This document shows, one piece after another, positions 52,476 through 64,000 of a DNA stretch of 64,000 bases (its first letter is position 1; each line of letters starts with the position of its first letter). The stretch lies in the NCBI GenBank assembly GCA_024679065.1, contig JAGIQG010000011.1, forward strand, positions 6,758,001 to 6,822,000, in the 5' to 3' direction. Under the pieces are notes generated by a model, which saw only the letters and a program-made list of their open reading frames with translations, did not search any database and was not told the origin of the DNA. Both the position numbers and the translations under genes were made by a program. The stretch is from Sphyrna mokarran. Its lineage: Eukaryota.

Positions 52476-52577
52476 GGGGTCAGAGTGAAGTAACAAGGAA
52501 CATTGCCAGCCAAGATGCCACTCAACTCACTGCAGAGCTGGAACCATCAAGCAACACACAACAATTCTATGAAATGG
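52476..52577 (+). CDS. ICA1L: Probable ICA1L coding exon (variable linker)
   Basis: Acceptor catttaacag, donor gtaaaa; 102 nt, symmetric phase 1 to 1 and open in the required frame: (G)GQSEVTRNIASQDATQLTAELEPSSNTQQFYEM. Little recognisable homology; supported by splice signals, phase and position. Confidence 0.65.
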
Positions 52578-55500
52578 GTAAAAAAGCCATGTGCATGTTC
52601 ACACTTTATTTTGGTGCTGGTGAGATCTCTTATGCAAAGCTCTTAAAAAAAACTTTATGAACTGTCATATTTTATGTAGGTATCAACATAATGCTCGCAG
52701 GATTATTAAAAAGCAATTTGGATAAGCAGTGTCGTGATAAACAACAAAGCCATCGTTCATTTACATTCCAGCTAATCTGCACCTCAATTCATTTCCCAGC
52801 CTTTGATCCCTCTCTTGACAGCAAAGAAACAGTCATGCTTCAAGTTTGGTTTGGATAATTAAGGAACAAGGAAAGACCAATCAACCAACTCATTTCACAG
52901 TCTATTTACAAACTGAAAAACATCAAGTCTTGCAATGATCATGTTTTAATCTGGTTTGTAAAATACTTGAATGAAATCTTTGATATTTAGACACTCTTTT
53001 AGCACTGTCAAAACTAAGTCATGGATTCAAGGCGAAATCCAAAGACATGAGAACATATTCTACACTGCTCCTTCAGTAACGTCCTGAGAGAGTGCTGCAT
53101 TGTTAGAGAGAATGTCTTTTCCAGATGCAGTGTTAAACTCAGGCCTAGTTTGTCTGTTCGGGTGTGTGCCAAGTATCCTGTAACTCTTCGAAAATAACTA
53201 CCTAAATTGATTTGAGGAGCTGAGAGAGATCTGCGTTACAGATTCAAATATCACTAAAAGAAATGATACAGGTTAATAGGACCATAAAGAATCCAAACAA
53301 AGTACCAGTGATCATTACTAGAGGATGGAAATGCAAAGCAGCAATGGGCAGCTTGGTGACAATGGTTAGCACTGCTGCTTCACAGCACTAAGGACCCAAG
53401 TTTGATTCCCGGCTTGGGTCGCTGTCTATGTGGAGTTTTCATATTCTCCCCATGTCTGTGTGAATTTCCTCCCCTCTGTCCAAAGATGTGCAGGTAGGTG
53501 GATTGGCATACTAAATTGCCCCTTAGCGTCTGAGGGACCAGCTAGAGTAAATGTGTGAAGTTATGGAGATAGGGCCTTGGTGGGATTGTGGTCAGCACAG
53601 ACTCGAGAGGCCAAATGGCCTCCTTCTGCACTGTAAGATTCTAAATTCAACTTCTGTAGAGGCTTGATTCAACCATATTTAGCGTATTGTGAACAGTTCT
53701 CGTCTCCATATTATGAAGAAGATACCTGACACTGACAGTGACACAAAGAAGAATTAATGAAATGATACCTGAATTGAGAGGTCAGACATATCAAAAAAAG
53801 ATTAAACAGGATGTACGCTTTTCTCTAGATTAGAAAAGGATTCAATAAGGTAGACATAGGGAAAATATTTCTACTTATGTGGTGGGGGAATCCAAAAGTA
53901 GTGGCTGTAAATACAGCTAGTCCAGAATAAATCTAATAAGGAATTCTGGAGAAACTTCTTTACCTTGAACAAGGTGGAACTCTATCACAGGGAAATGTTG
54001 AGGTGACTAATATAGATGCGTTAAAAAGGAACTGAGATAAACAGATGATGGAGAAACAAGTAGAAAGGTATATTGATGCAGCTAGAAGTCGTCTTGATGG
54101 AGCAGAAACACTGGCATGGCATGGCTGAATTAACCTGCTTCTCTGTTGTAAATGCTATGTGACACCACAAATCAGAGCCAACAACACAAACAGGTCATTT
54201 TTCATTGCTGTTTATAGGACCTTGCTGTGAGTAAATTGGTTGCCCACAAACTAACAGTTATGCATTTAAATACTTCACTGCCTGTAAAGTAGATACGATG
54301 TCCTGAGGATGTGAAAGATATAATATAAATGCAAATCTTATTTTTTTTCTTTCGGCTAAAAGTGATGGTTTGTGATCTACTTTTGGGCCAACATGTGTGC
54401 ATCTCTGAACTAGCTATTTGGTGAGTGATTGCTATAGCCAGAATCAGGAGCACCACTCATGGCGCTACTTGTGGAATGTGGCAGCCTTGAGGAACTTGAT
54501 TAGCAATTCCAAAATAAGGAATTGATAATTTCACCATGATAAATTGTGAAATGAAGATCACTAAATCCGATCATTTGTGGCATGTATCAGAAAAATGACC
54601 ACAAATGCTGTCAGGTTACTGATAAAACCCAACTAGTGCACCAGTGTCCTTTAGAGAGGGAAACTTGCCAATCTTTCCAGGTATGACCCACATTTTGACC
54701 CTCAGTCAGGTATGAGGGAAACCTGAAAAGGACAACAAATCCAGAAATCAAATTATGCAGAAAATTCATGATTTTAAAACATTAATGGCAACCTAGAAAA
54801 TGAGTGCTATGCATTTAGGGACAAATATTCGTACTAAGTAAACCCCAGTTGGGAAGTTTTATTTGTGGTGACATCACTCGGTGAGTCTGCCATTAGTGGA
54901 TGCGTTACTTCAATTGTTCAATAACAACTTGCATTCATGTAGCACCTTTAATATAGTAAAATGTAAGAAGGAGCTTCACAGGAGCACAGTTGAGCAAAAA
55001 TCTAGACACAGCAACATAGAGATATGTTGAAAGGTGACAAAAGCTTGATCAAGGAGGCAGGTTTTCAGGAGTTTCAGGTTTTGAAAGAAGAGTGAGCGAA
55101 TGGAGAGTATTAAGTAGGAATTCTGCCTTAGGCAGCTTGAGCCCAGACCTCCAGTGGGGGGTTGGTGACTGGGGGCAAGAGTGTTGGGCATGCTCAGGAA
55201 GCCAGAATTTAGTAAGAAAGCTTAACTCTATCTCACAAATTCTCAATGTAGAGGAAACATATGTTTCAATCAGGACCAGAATGAGTTGGTAGAAATGTGG
55301 GACTTGCACTGAGGTAAGTTAGAGACTGGCACATTCTTCATGTACATGAACATTTTCAAACTGCTTTGGAACTACAGATCTATTAATTCCAGAGCCCTGC
55401 TTCAAGTATAAAGAGGTTCACAGACAGTGTGATCCTTCGATTTTTGTAGGAATATGAACATTTGATCTGACAAGTAATTCACTTGTCACAGGAAATACTG

Positions 55501-58500
55501 ACTGATTCTTTGGTGTATGATTTGTGCAGGAAGCTGGCAGTTTTGATCTCTGGTTACTGCCAAGATGGTAGACCTACATCAGCATGTTGGTGATACAGTG
55601 ACCTCTGTGCCCCAGACTGTTTCCTGTTGATCCCTGCCAGTGATCTTACTGGAAGTGCATATATTTGAACATCAGATGGTACCAGAATTGGATTTGGTTG
55701 AGATTGGTTTCTGCTCAGTCTGCCCTCTTAGTTTGCTGTCATAGGCTTGCTGCCTTAGATGAGGTGCCAATGATCGGGAATAGTATCCAACAAAGAAATG
55801 ATACTTGGATCTTCTTTACCTTCCTCCCACTTTTGCCCCTCCTTACTCTGCTTCAAATTCTCTCTGCCCCTTTCTTCATGCTGTTCCTAACTCTGTGTTC
55901 ACAGGCCTCTTTCCCAGTCTTTTTACCTTTAACTTTGTTGCCAACTCCCCTGCTGGTTATATGAAATTGATCCCAGATTGAGCCCACAGGGTCCAAAGTT
56001 GCACCAGATATATCACCGTACATCTCTGACCCCTGATTCCAAAATCTGACAACCAAATGTTACCCCAATGATGGGTCAGACTGGGTCAATCCTGGAAATG
56101 ACAGAACTGCTTGTAACTCACTGACTGACAGGGCGGCTCAGAGCAGCTGCTTGGTGCCACAGGAATGAATATGAATATTTTGTAGCTGGATTCAACTCCT
56201 TTTTCAGGGCTTTTATCAGGTTTAAACTTGAGTGCAGGAACCTGTACCGAATAAATATTGAGCCTGCCTCCATAGTGTATTTGTATTCTCAAAACTGTCA
56301 TGTGAATAGGACTTGTGTTCTGGAGGAAAGAAAGTCAGCTACTGTGTAAAAGTGTTGGATGTTTCTGTGGTGATGTAACTGTGTGGCTGGAATAACTGTT
56401 TGTAACTTGCATTCAGCCAATGTTTCGTTTCTTTCCCTTAAACTTCCATTCAAACTCAGATTAGCTTTAGCTCCGGTAACTTTGGTTATATCCAGATTCA
56501 AAATGTCATTTGGTGTAAAGGGGAGGGATAGAGTTTGGAACATAAAGATGTGAAGATTTCATTCATAATCTTTGAATACTTGTGGAGTGGGGTTTGGGTA
56601 TTGGTTGGGTTGTGGGGATGCGATAATGAAAGCCTCGTTGACCTCACACATCCTCTAGTCTGACGCTGGGAGGTTGCCATCTTATGGGACTTGGCTTCAG
56701 CCCATCCACCATTGTGTCTTCATTCTGTCACTAAGTTGCCACTTATTTGTCACAAATTTATTGGCCACCATCACTGGTGCTGATGCGTGCCCCGCCATCG
56801 CCAGTGCTAATATGTATCCCATCCCTGGCAAGATTGTTCAGAGGGGGAGTCACATTGGGAGCCCACCTGACTCCTTATTCTGCAAGTTTGCCTTCAAACC
56901 CTCCTCAATGGGATGGGAAAGATTCTGCTCAATGTCTTGTACCTCGACTGTACTGATTTCCATGTCCTGTTAGACCATTGATCAGATGATCCTCGTTTTT
57001 TCTTTCCTTTATTTAAAACTATTTTGTCTCGAGCTGTGGCTGATGCTGATATGCCCCTATTGTCAATCCTGTTACCATAAGAATGTGGTATTCGGTTAAA
57101 AAGTGTTTTAAACTCTTTAGCCAACATACAGAATTTCAAAGGGACTTTGTTTGAGAGGAATATTTTCTGCACCTAGCTTAGTCTGAAACCTATAACTAAA
57201 CTTCTTGAACAAAGAATGATTGCCCAAGGCAACGTAATCACAAGATCATTTACTGGAAGTCAGATGCTTCACCAGAAATCAGATCAGAGAGAAACACAGT
57301 TCTTACAGGAGTTTCACCCAAACACACAATGTAGGTTTTTCCCTTCAAAGCAGCGCAGGAGTCATCACACTTGGCCATGGTATCCAACATTAAATCACTT
57401 TCCAGTTCATGTCACAGGACTTTCTCCAATTCTGTGCACTCTTATTTTTATGGTAATTGCTTATATCAAATCTTCTTCCTTGCTGGATACCCATAGTCCA
57501 ATTAGATAACATCCATATCTAATCTTATCTATCTAATTGATGATCTCAACAGATTCAAGTAGATCAGTCAGACATAACTTCTGCTTGATAAAACTATGTT
57601 GGCTTTCTCTCATCAGCTCATATTTGTACATCATCCTATTTCACCAATCCCACCATTCAACCTATCCCTCAATACAGAAACTCTTCCATTCGATACTTCC
57701 CTCAAGTCCTATTATTAAAGCCTATTCCTCTGCTGTCTTGTCTGTACAATCCCCTGATTCTCCCATTGAAGCCCATCCTTGTACTGTAAGTGTCTCATTT
57801 TTAATATCCAACTGCTCGAAGACAAAAAGCTGGCTTTGCCAGCACCCCATCCATTACCTTAAAGATTAAGCTCCTCCATCACTAGACACCATATCTGTAA
57901 TATCTACTATCTATAAGAAGCACTGTGTCAACTCACCAAGGCTTTTTTTTTTGACAGCAAAGCCATGACCACTAACACCTGAAAAGGCAAGGGCAGCAGA
58001 CGTGTGAGAATACCATTACCTACCAGTCTTACACCATGACCCATTTGGTCAAAAATCCTGGAAATCCCTCCTTACTGGGGTAAAGGACTGTTGTGCTTCA
58101 AAAAAGTGGTTCACCACCACATTCTCAAAGGCACTTAGGTTAGATGATAAATGCTGGCATTGCCAGTGACGTATAGACCCCAGGTGTGTATAAAACTCAT
58201 TTTATGGCTGTCCTTTTTGTCTCTATTACAACAAGAACATTAATGTAGAAAAATGTTCCACATTACTTTACAGACTAAATTTTGATGCTGAGGCAAAGAA
58301 GGTTTATTTTGAAGGTCAAGGACCAACAGCTTGGTTGAAAAGGCTTTGAGGACGGTGTTACAGTGGGACAGAGATGGGAGGTTTAGAATTTTGGATATAG
58401 ATGTGGAAGGCAGTGGTGGGGTGAAAGAAGTAGCAATGCACAATAAGCTCAAATTGGAACCATGCAGAGTGCATTGGGTGGTAATGTTGGACAAGGTTAC

Positions 58501-59018
58501 AGAAATAAGGAGGGATAATTCTGGAGCAATTTCAACATGAGGATGAGTTGATGGACTGGGCCCATCTTAAGGTTGTGAAAGAGGCTATATAAGTGCAAGT
58601 TCTTTATTATTTCTTGAACAATTTTTGCACCTTTGTGAAACAGTGGGTTGATATGAATGTATACTTTCTTTGACTAATTGCCTTGTTGCATATTCTTTGA
58701 CTATTCCATTTCATTCCAATGAACAATGCATTAAATATTATTTCCTCTCACAGTTGGAGACTTTCTCTGATTGCAGCTGTTAATGAATCTTGCATCACTC
58801 TACTTCTATAACGATTATCTCCCCGATGCTCTTTTATATGTGGTAGCCTTTATGCTGTCTGTGGTCATTCAACACACTTCCTCATTGAAGCAAGCCTTCC
58901 CACTAAGTGAAAGCCATATGATTGCAAAATATGCAATTTTGTTGTAGATTGATTAGGAAATGCTTGTGTGAAATGTCTAGCTCACTCAGCTTAATACCAT
59001 CGTTATCCTTTGTTTCAG

Positions 59019-59279
59019 TGCCGAAGGACTTACTGCCTGACATGTTAGACAGTGAGAATCTGGAGAAACATGAGTTGACGTTTCTGAGTGACCTGTTGAA
59101 CACTAAACCCAATGCACCCAATGACTTCAGCCATGAGTGGCAGAGCACATTTGGAAGCTCAGAGCTCAGCCCAGGGCCTATGGCAGAAGCGACCGAACCC
59201 AAACTAGCTGATGCTCCAACTGGTTTCCTGCCGTCTGAACTGTTTGACCTCAGCCATGATCCAGCAGGAACTTTTATTG
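59019..59279 (+). CDS. ICA1L: ICA1L coding exon (ICA69 C-terminal region)
   Basis: Acceptor cctttgtttcag, donor gtgagt; 261 nt, phase 1 to 1; (V)PKDLLPDMLDSENLEKHELTFLSDLL...FSHEWQSTFG...GFLPSELFDL...GTFI. Confidence 0.93.
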
Positions 59280-60543
59280 GTGAGTCTTATCAATTATTCA
59301 ATCACATTCTTCCCTTCACTGCGCCGTAAGTGGCTTCAGTAATAAGCCTCTGTGTGCAAAAAGCTACACTTTAGTTACAATTTGAGTTACTTGAGTTACA
59401 ATTTCAATAACAATAACTTGAGTTACAATTTCAAAAGCATAATCTCTATTGTAAAGTCCAATTACTCTTTTCCCCATCCCAGCACCCTTTCTTCTAAACT
59501 CCATACACAAACTTCTGTTGTTGATATGAGGGATTGAATCCCAGCATACAAGTCTCTGCAATGCTACTGTGTGGTCAGCAAAAGTGCCTTTGTTTAATCA
59601 GCCCACTGACCCCTGTCCCTCCCATTCCAGCCCCATGAGGGAAAGCATTCTCTCTTTAATCAACTCAATCAGGACAAAGCTAGCAAACCATCTTCATTGC
59701 TCATTCCTATTGCCCCTAAGAATATTTGGAGAAATAACTTGTGGGTGATGATCTCTAGTGTTCTGGTGATGGGATCAGATCCCTGAATATGGAGAGGATT
59801 AAGTGTTTGCTAGCATCCAGTGTGGCAACATCACACCTGATCCACAGAATCCTTGTGGAGCCCCAAAAGAGAGAGGTCTCAAACTTTTATGAAGGGCAAG
59901 ACGCTGGGAAAGCAGTGGCTGTTGGTAATATCAATGGATGGGTGATTCAGAGGTCCAGGCTAATGTTCTGTGTCACAGGTTCAAATCTCATCACAGCAGC
60001 TGATGGAATTTAAATTCAGTTAATAAACCTGAAATTGAAAGCTAGTGCCCCTAATGGTGAGCTCAAAACTATCGTGATTATCATATAAAAAAAACAACCT
60101 TTAGAGAAAGAAATCTGCCATGCTTACCTGATCTGGCCTGTGACTTCAGGTTAATTGTGAAATGGCCTCTATTAAGACATCCAGTTCAAAAGCAACAAAT
60201 ATTGACCTTGTCACATGTTAGGAAAGAATATAGGAGCGAAAATAGATCATTTCAGCCGAGTCTTGAGCTTTGAAGGTGACAGAAACTTTCCGTGGTCCTA
60301 GAAATTCTCAGTCTCTGATGTGAAAATCTTCTGGCATTTACAATAAAGTAAGTTGGAAACTCAGATTTGAAAACTTTGGGATCAGGCTTCCCTCTAAGGG
60401 CTGGCTAGGTCAGAGTGAGGTATAAAGCAGGGCTGAGCATCCTTTCCATCATGCATATACAATCAACTATACCACCAGACTGTCTTTTAATCCTTTATTC
60501 TGTGTTTTGAGTGTGTTATTCTAATAATATGTTATTGTTTAAG

Positions 60544-60654
60544 GTTGGACAGATCCACCTAAATCACAGCCAACACCAACCCTAGCCCCACAACATCCAG
60601 AGGCAAAAGTTCCGATAAATCACCCTCAGACCTTATCAAAGGTCCCATCCAAAG
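60544..60654 (+). CDS. ICA1L: ICA1L coding exon
   Basis: Acceptor ttattgtttaag, donor gtatgt; 111 nt, phase 1 to 1; (G)WTDPPKSQPTPTLAPQHPEAKVPINHPQTLSKVPSK. Confidence 0.8.
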
Positions 60655-61342
60655 GTATGTGACAGAGAACATTGATTCAGCTCATATCTCTATGAACAGA
60701 ATTAACACAATTTTTGCTGGAATCATAATTGTGTCAGAAAAGAAAAATATTTTAAACAAAAATTGCCTCCAGTATTTTAACATCCCATTAGCATCACAGA
60801 TGATTGTCACAGATGTAAATACATGAAATGATTATCATCAAGGAAAAGAAAATACTGGTGTCAAGTCTATCCATTGTATAGCTGAGCTTTTTAATTCAGC
60901 GTGTATCCCAGACTTAGTCGGCTCCAATTAACGGGATGGTGGGTTTAGTCTCATTGGGAGAGGAAAACCATCAGAATTCCCAATCCAAATGCTTTGCAGG
61001 GAGACTTGCTGATAAATGTGCCTATGCACTTTATGGTCTGATACGCCCTGGACTGAAATGCTCTAATGATGCCAGTAGCTGTGGAACTGCAATACTCTCA
61101 GCTGAAGAAGAGGACACTGGAGAGATTGAGAATGAAAGATTCTCTGTACAGATTATTCCAGGACTCAGCTACTTGTCAAATACACTTTGTTTTTTCCTCC
61201 GTTCTTTGAGACAAAGAACAAAGAGATGGAGGGATATAGGAGACTGTTTTAAATAGGGATCAAGAGCCTTGGCACGCTCCTGGGAATCAATTGATTCCTG
61301 TGGATCTTCCAATATATTTTCTGGCTCATTTGTTTTACTTTT

Positions 61343-61848
61343 GAGCTTCTGGGAATTCCCTTGAATGTTTGCATAAGATGTGCATGTTATTGATGTTTTT
61401 CTCTCTTAATCCACAGTGCTTCGGTCCGCCTTGTTGTCCAACAAGGGGTATACACGCAGTGGGTGGTGCGAGGGCTGCTGTTGGATGTTTCAAGAGTAGC
61501 CTAGTACTTCACGTTGTTAGTGTCTGTTTAAACTGGACCAGCTGATGGGCAACACGACAGCTCAGTGGATTTGGGCCAGTATCTGTGGGAGTTTGCGCAT
61601 TCTCCCCATGATTGTGTGGGTTTTCTCCGGGTGCTTCGGTTTCCCCCCACACCCCAAAGATGTGCTCTTAGGCTGATTGGTGTAACAAATTATCCCTAAA
61701 TTGTCTCCCCTTTGTTTCCAATGTGGATTTCCATAAGCATAGACAAGGGTCATGGGTGGAAGAGGGAACTCACACTGTTAAAATGGTGGCATGGGCTCAT
61801 TGGGCCGAAGGGCCTGTTTCCCATGCTGTGTTGTTCTTTGTTCTTTTT
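61343..61848 (+). mobile_element. Diverged relative of the copy A/B 3' UTR (copy D)
   Basis: Collinear blocks ccttgttgtccaacaagggg, cttcacgttgttagtgt, caacacgacagctcagtg, the V-core, and tail gggccgaagggcctgtttcccatgctgtgttgttctttgttc. Confidence 0.85.
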
Positions 61849-61971
61849 GAGCAGCAACCATCTGCAAGTGGGCAGATCTCATTTTGTATAATGAGGTTTG
61901 TTTATATTGGGACAGAATCTGTACAGCAAAGTTACAGCTGCCCGATTAGCCAGCTAAACCCAGATTTCTGA

Positions 61972-62208
<237 letters not shown>

Positions 62209-62985
62209 TTGCAGGGAAATGGAGGGAGGAGGAAGGAAGTCACTAAGTTATATAATATACATGTCTAACTACGGAAATTTTATAAATATATATATATAAA
62301 TATATATATTTATTAAAACACTGGGTTACTATCTCAAAAAACAGAATATAAAACAGTTAAATGGAATGTTACAAAACCATTAAACTCCTGGGATGTGGTG
62401 TCAGTAATATCAATTTCCTGTTTAATTTCCCATATTCAGGTGTTGCTGCAATCCTGGTTGTTAGTTACTGGGTAGAGGTTAACTGTACTCCACAGGTCCT
62501 GGCTGTTTGATAGGGCTACACACCTTGCTGTAAAAGCTGTGCTGATACACAAAAGCTCAGGTTGCCTTCTGGTTGTGTTGGAGAACACCCAAAGTCTGAA
62601 TCATCTCAGTATAAAGAAGGTCATCCTCATCATTGTTGTGCTTTGGCATTTTGCAGCACAGTTACAGCAATGTTTCTTTCATAAACAATTTTTAAATAAT
62701 TGAATGTATACTTAATGGTTAATGTCTATCTCTCGAGTTTAATTATTTACCTTCTATGGTTGGACAGATTATAAAATGTACTAAATAAGTAAATGGGATT
62801 TGTTTTGTGTGATATCTATAAGCTACACTGTGCCTGGAATGGACCAAATTCTTTATTACTAGACACAGGCAGTGGTCTATCTTATTTTGTTTACTTTTCT
62901 TGCAGTGGGAGAAGTGTGCTGCTATTATCTCCACATCCAAAACATTGCACTAACTTTGGAAAGGTGAAGCGGCAACTGTCATTTT

Positions 62986-62991
62986 AATAAA
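62986..62991 (+). terminator. Candidate polyadenylation signal
   Basis: First AATAAA noticed after the stop codon, with GT-rich sequence (ttgggttgagttt) about 20 nt downstream; a second AATAAA at 63296-63301. Confidence 0.45.
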
Positions 62992-64000
62992 AGCTCCCTC
63001 CTGTAGCACTTGGGTTGAGTTTATTGCGTTATAGGCAACAGAAGTTGTCCCTCCTTTCAATGTTTTCTATAGTACTCTCTTCTAAGGAGGACTGATGGCT
63101 TGACCAAGCTAGCCAGGTCATGTTGGAGGGAGACCTAAATCCTTCCTCGTACACTAGTCAGAAAGGTGAAGGGACTTGGATTGGTGGTAGGGAAAAAAGC
63201 AAAAACTACACCTTTCTGGCATTAGAAGTCACATCTTTAACTGTGGCCTTAGAAAGCAGGAAATATGATTTCCTGGTGGTGCCAGCCTGAAAAATAATAA
63301 ATCTAATACTAAGCACATTTTAGTTGGGCTTCAGTTAACTTAATGTCATTGGGCTAGTGAGGTAGCAGTCAGCCAGGGCTCTCCTACTCCTTCCTCACTA
63401 CCTGGCAAAACCTGCAGGAAACTGATTTTCGGCCATTTGAGTCCTTGAATGCAAGGAAGTGACCAGTGCCAATGAAGCAATGACACAAGAGGGAGTGCAA
63501 CATCCAGCAGTTTTTCATTTCACTTGTCCCTCAGAAACTTGAACTTTCCTGCCACTTCACCTTAAAAGTTAGGAAAGCCTTTAATGAGCTGAGATACTGC
63601 TTGGTATTCTCAGCCTCCCGTTATCAATTGCACCATCAGCAGTAGTGTAAGTTTAAAGCTTGGGTTGGACAGATGGTATTATCCACTAGTTAGAATTTCC
63701 TGTTTAATTCAGAATTATTAGCTCAGACAAGGGTATGACCAGGAAGAATCTGGAACTATCATTTCAAAATACAGTATGTTCATACAAAAACCAAATCTGT
63801 TATTGTACAAAAAGCAGTCACTTTGGATCTTATAGGGAAAAAATATTGTGTGTTAAATTACAACCATTTAATTGGTAAAGATTTTTTCTGTAATGCACCG
63901 AACTGTTGCCTTGTCAAACACTGGAATTGAATACTGCCTCATTTCCATATAATGTACAATAACATTGAATTTAAAATCTGGAACTATGAACTAGTCAATT

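Noticed and set aside
59371-59435. Repeated ttgagttacaattt motif (also the tandem duplication at about 12070-12106 and the (TA)n at about 62281-62310)
   Set aside because: Short slippage duplications or microsatellite with no further evidence of function.

Overview
Eukaryotic, repeat-rich vertebrate DNA. The repeat content (V-SINE/HE1-like SINEs, CR1/HER1-like LINEs, Penelope-like elements, a 44-bp minisatellite) points to a shark; this is inferred from recalled repeat families, not from a search. The window holds 11 coding exons of a + strand gene for an arfaptin-homology/BAR-domain protein of the ICA69 family, best matching ICA1L. The exons have GT-AG boundaries and compatible phases, total 1347 nt (448 aa plus stop) and end ...[13 protein letters not shown] at 62208. 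The first coding exon appears to lie upstream of the window. Most ORFs in the track are retroelement remnants or spurious. Main observations: (1) minimal type I hammerhead-ribozyme motifs in Penelope-type terminal repeats, two with a complete core on the pre-mRNA sense strand, one of them in a 106-bp solo insertion; (2) a young CR1 family whose long 3' UTR appears to have captured a V-SINE and carries a conserved splice-acceptor-like and structured segment (four copies); (3) a nested transposon stack at about 22-34.4 kb hiding an old LTR element with no visible RT; (4) several long inverted repeats inside the pre-mRNA.
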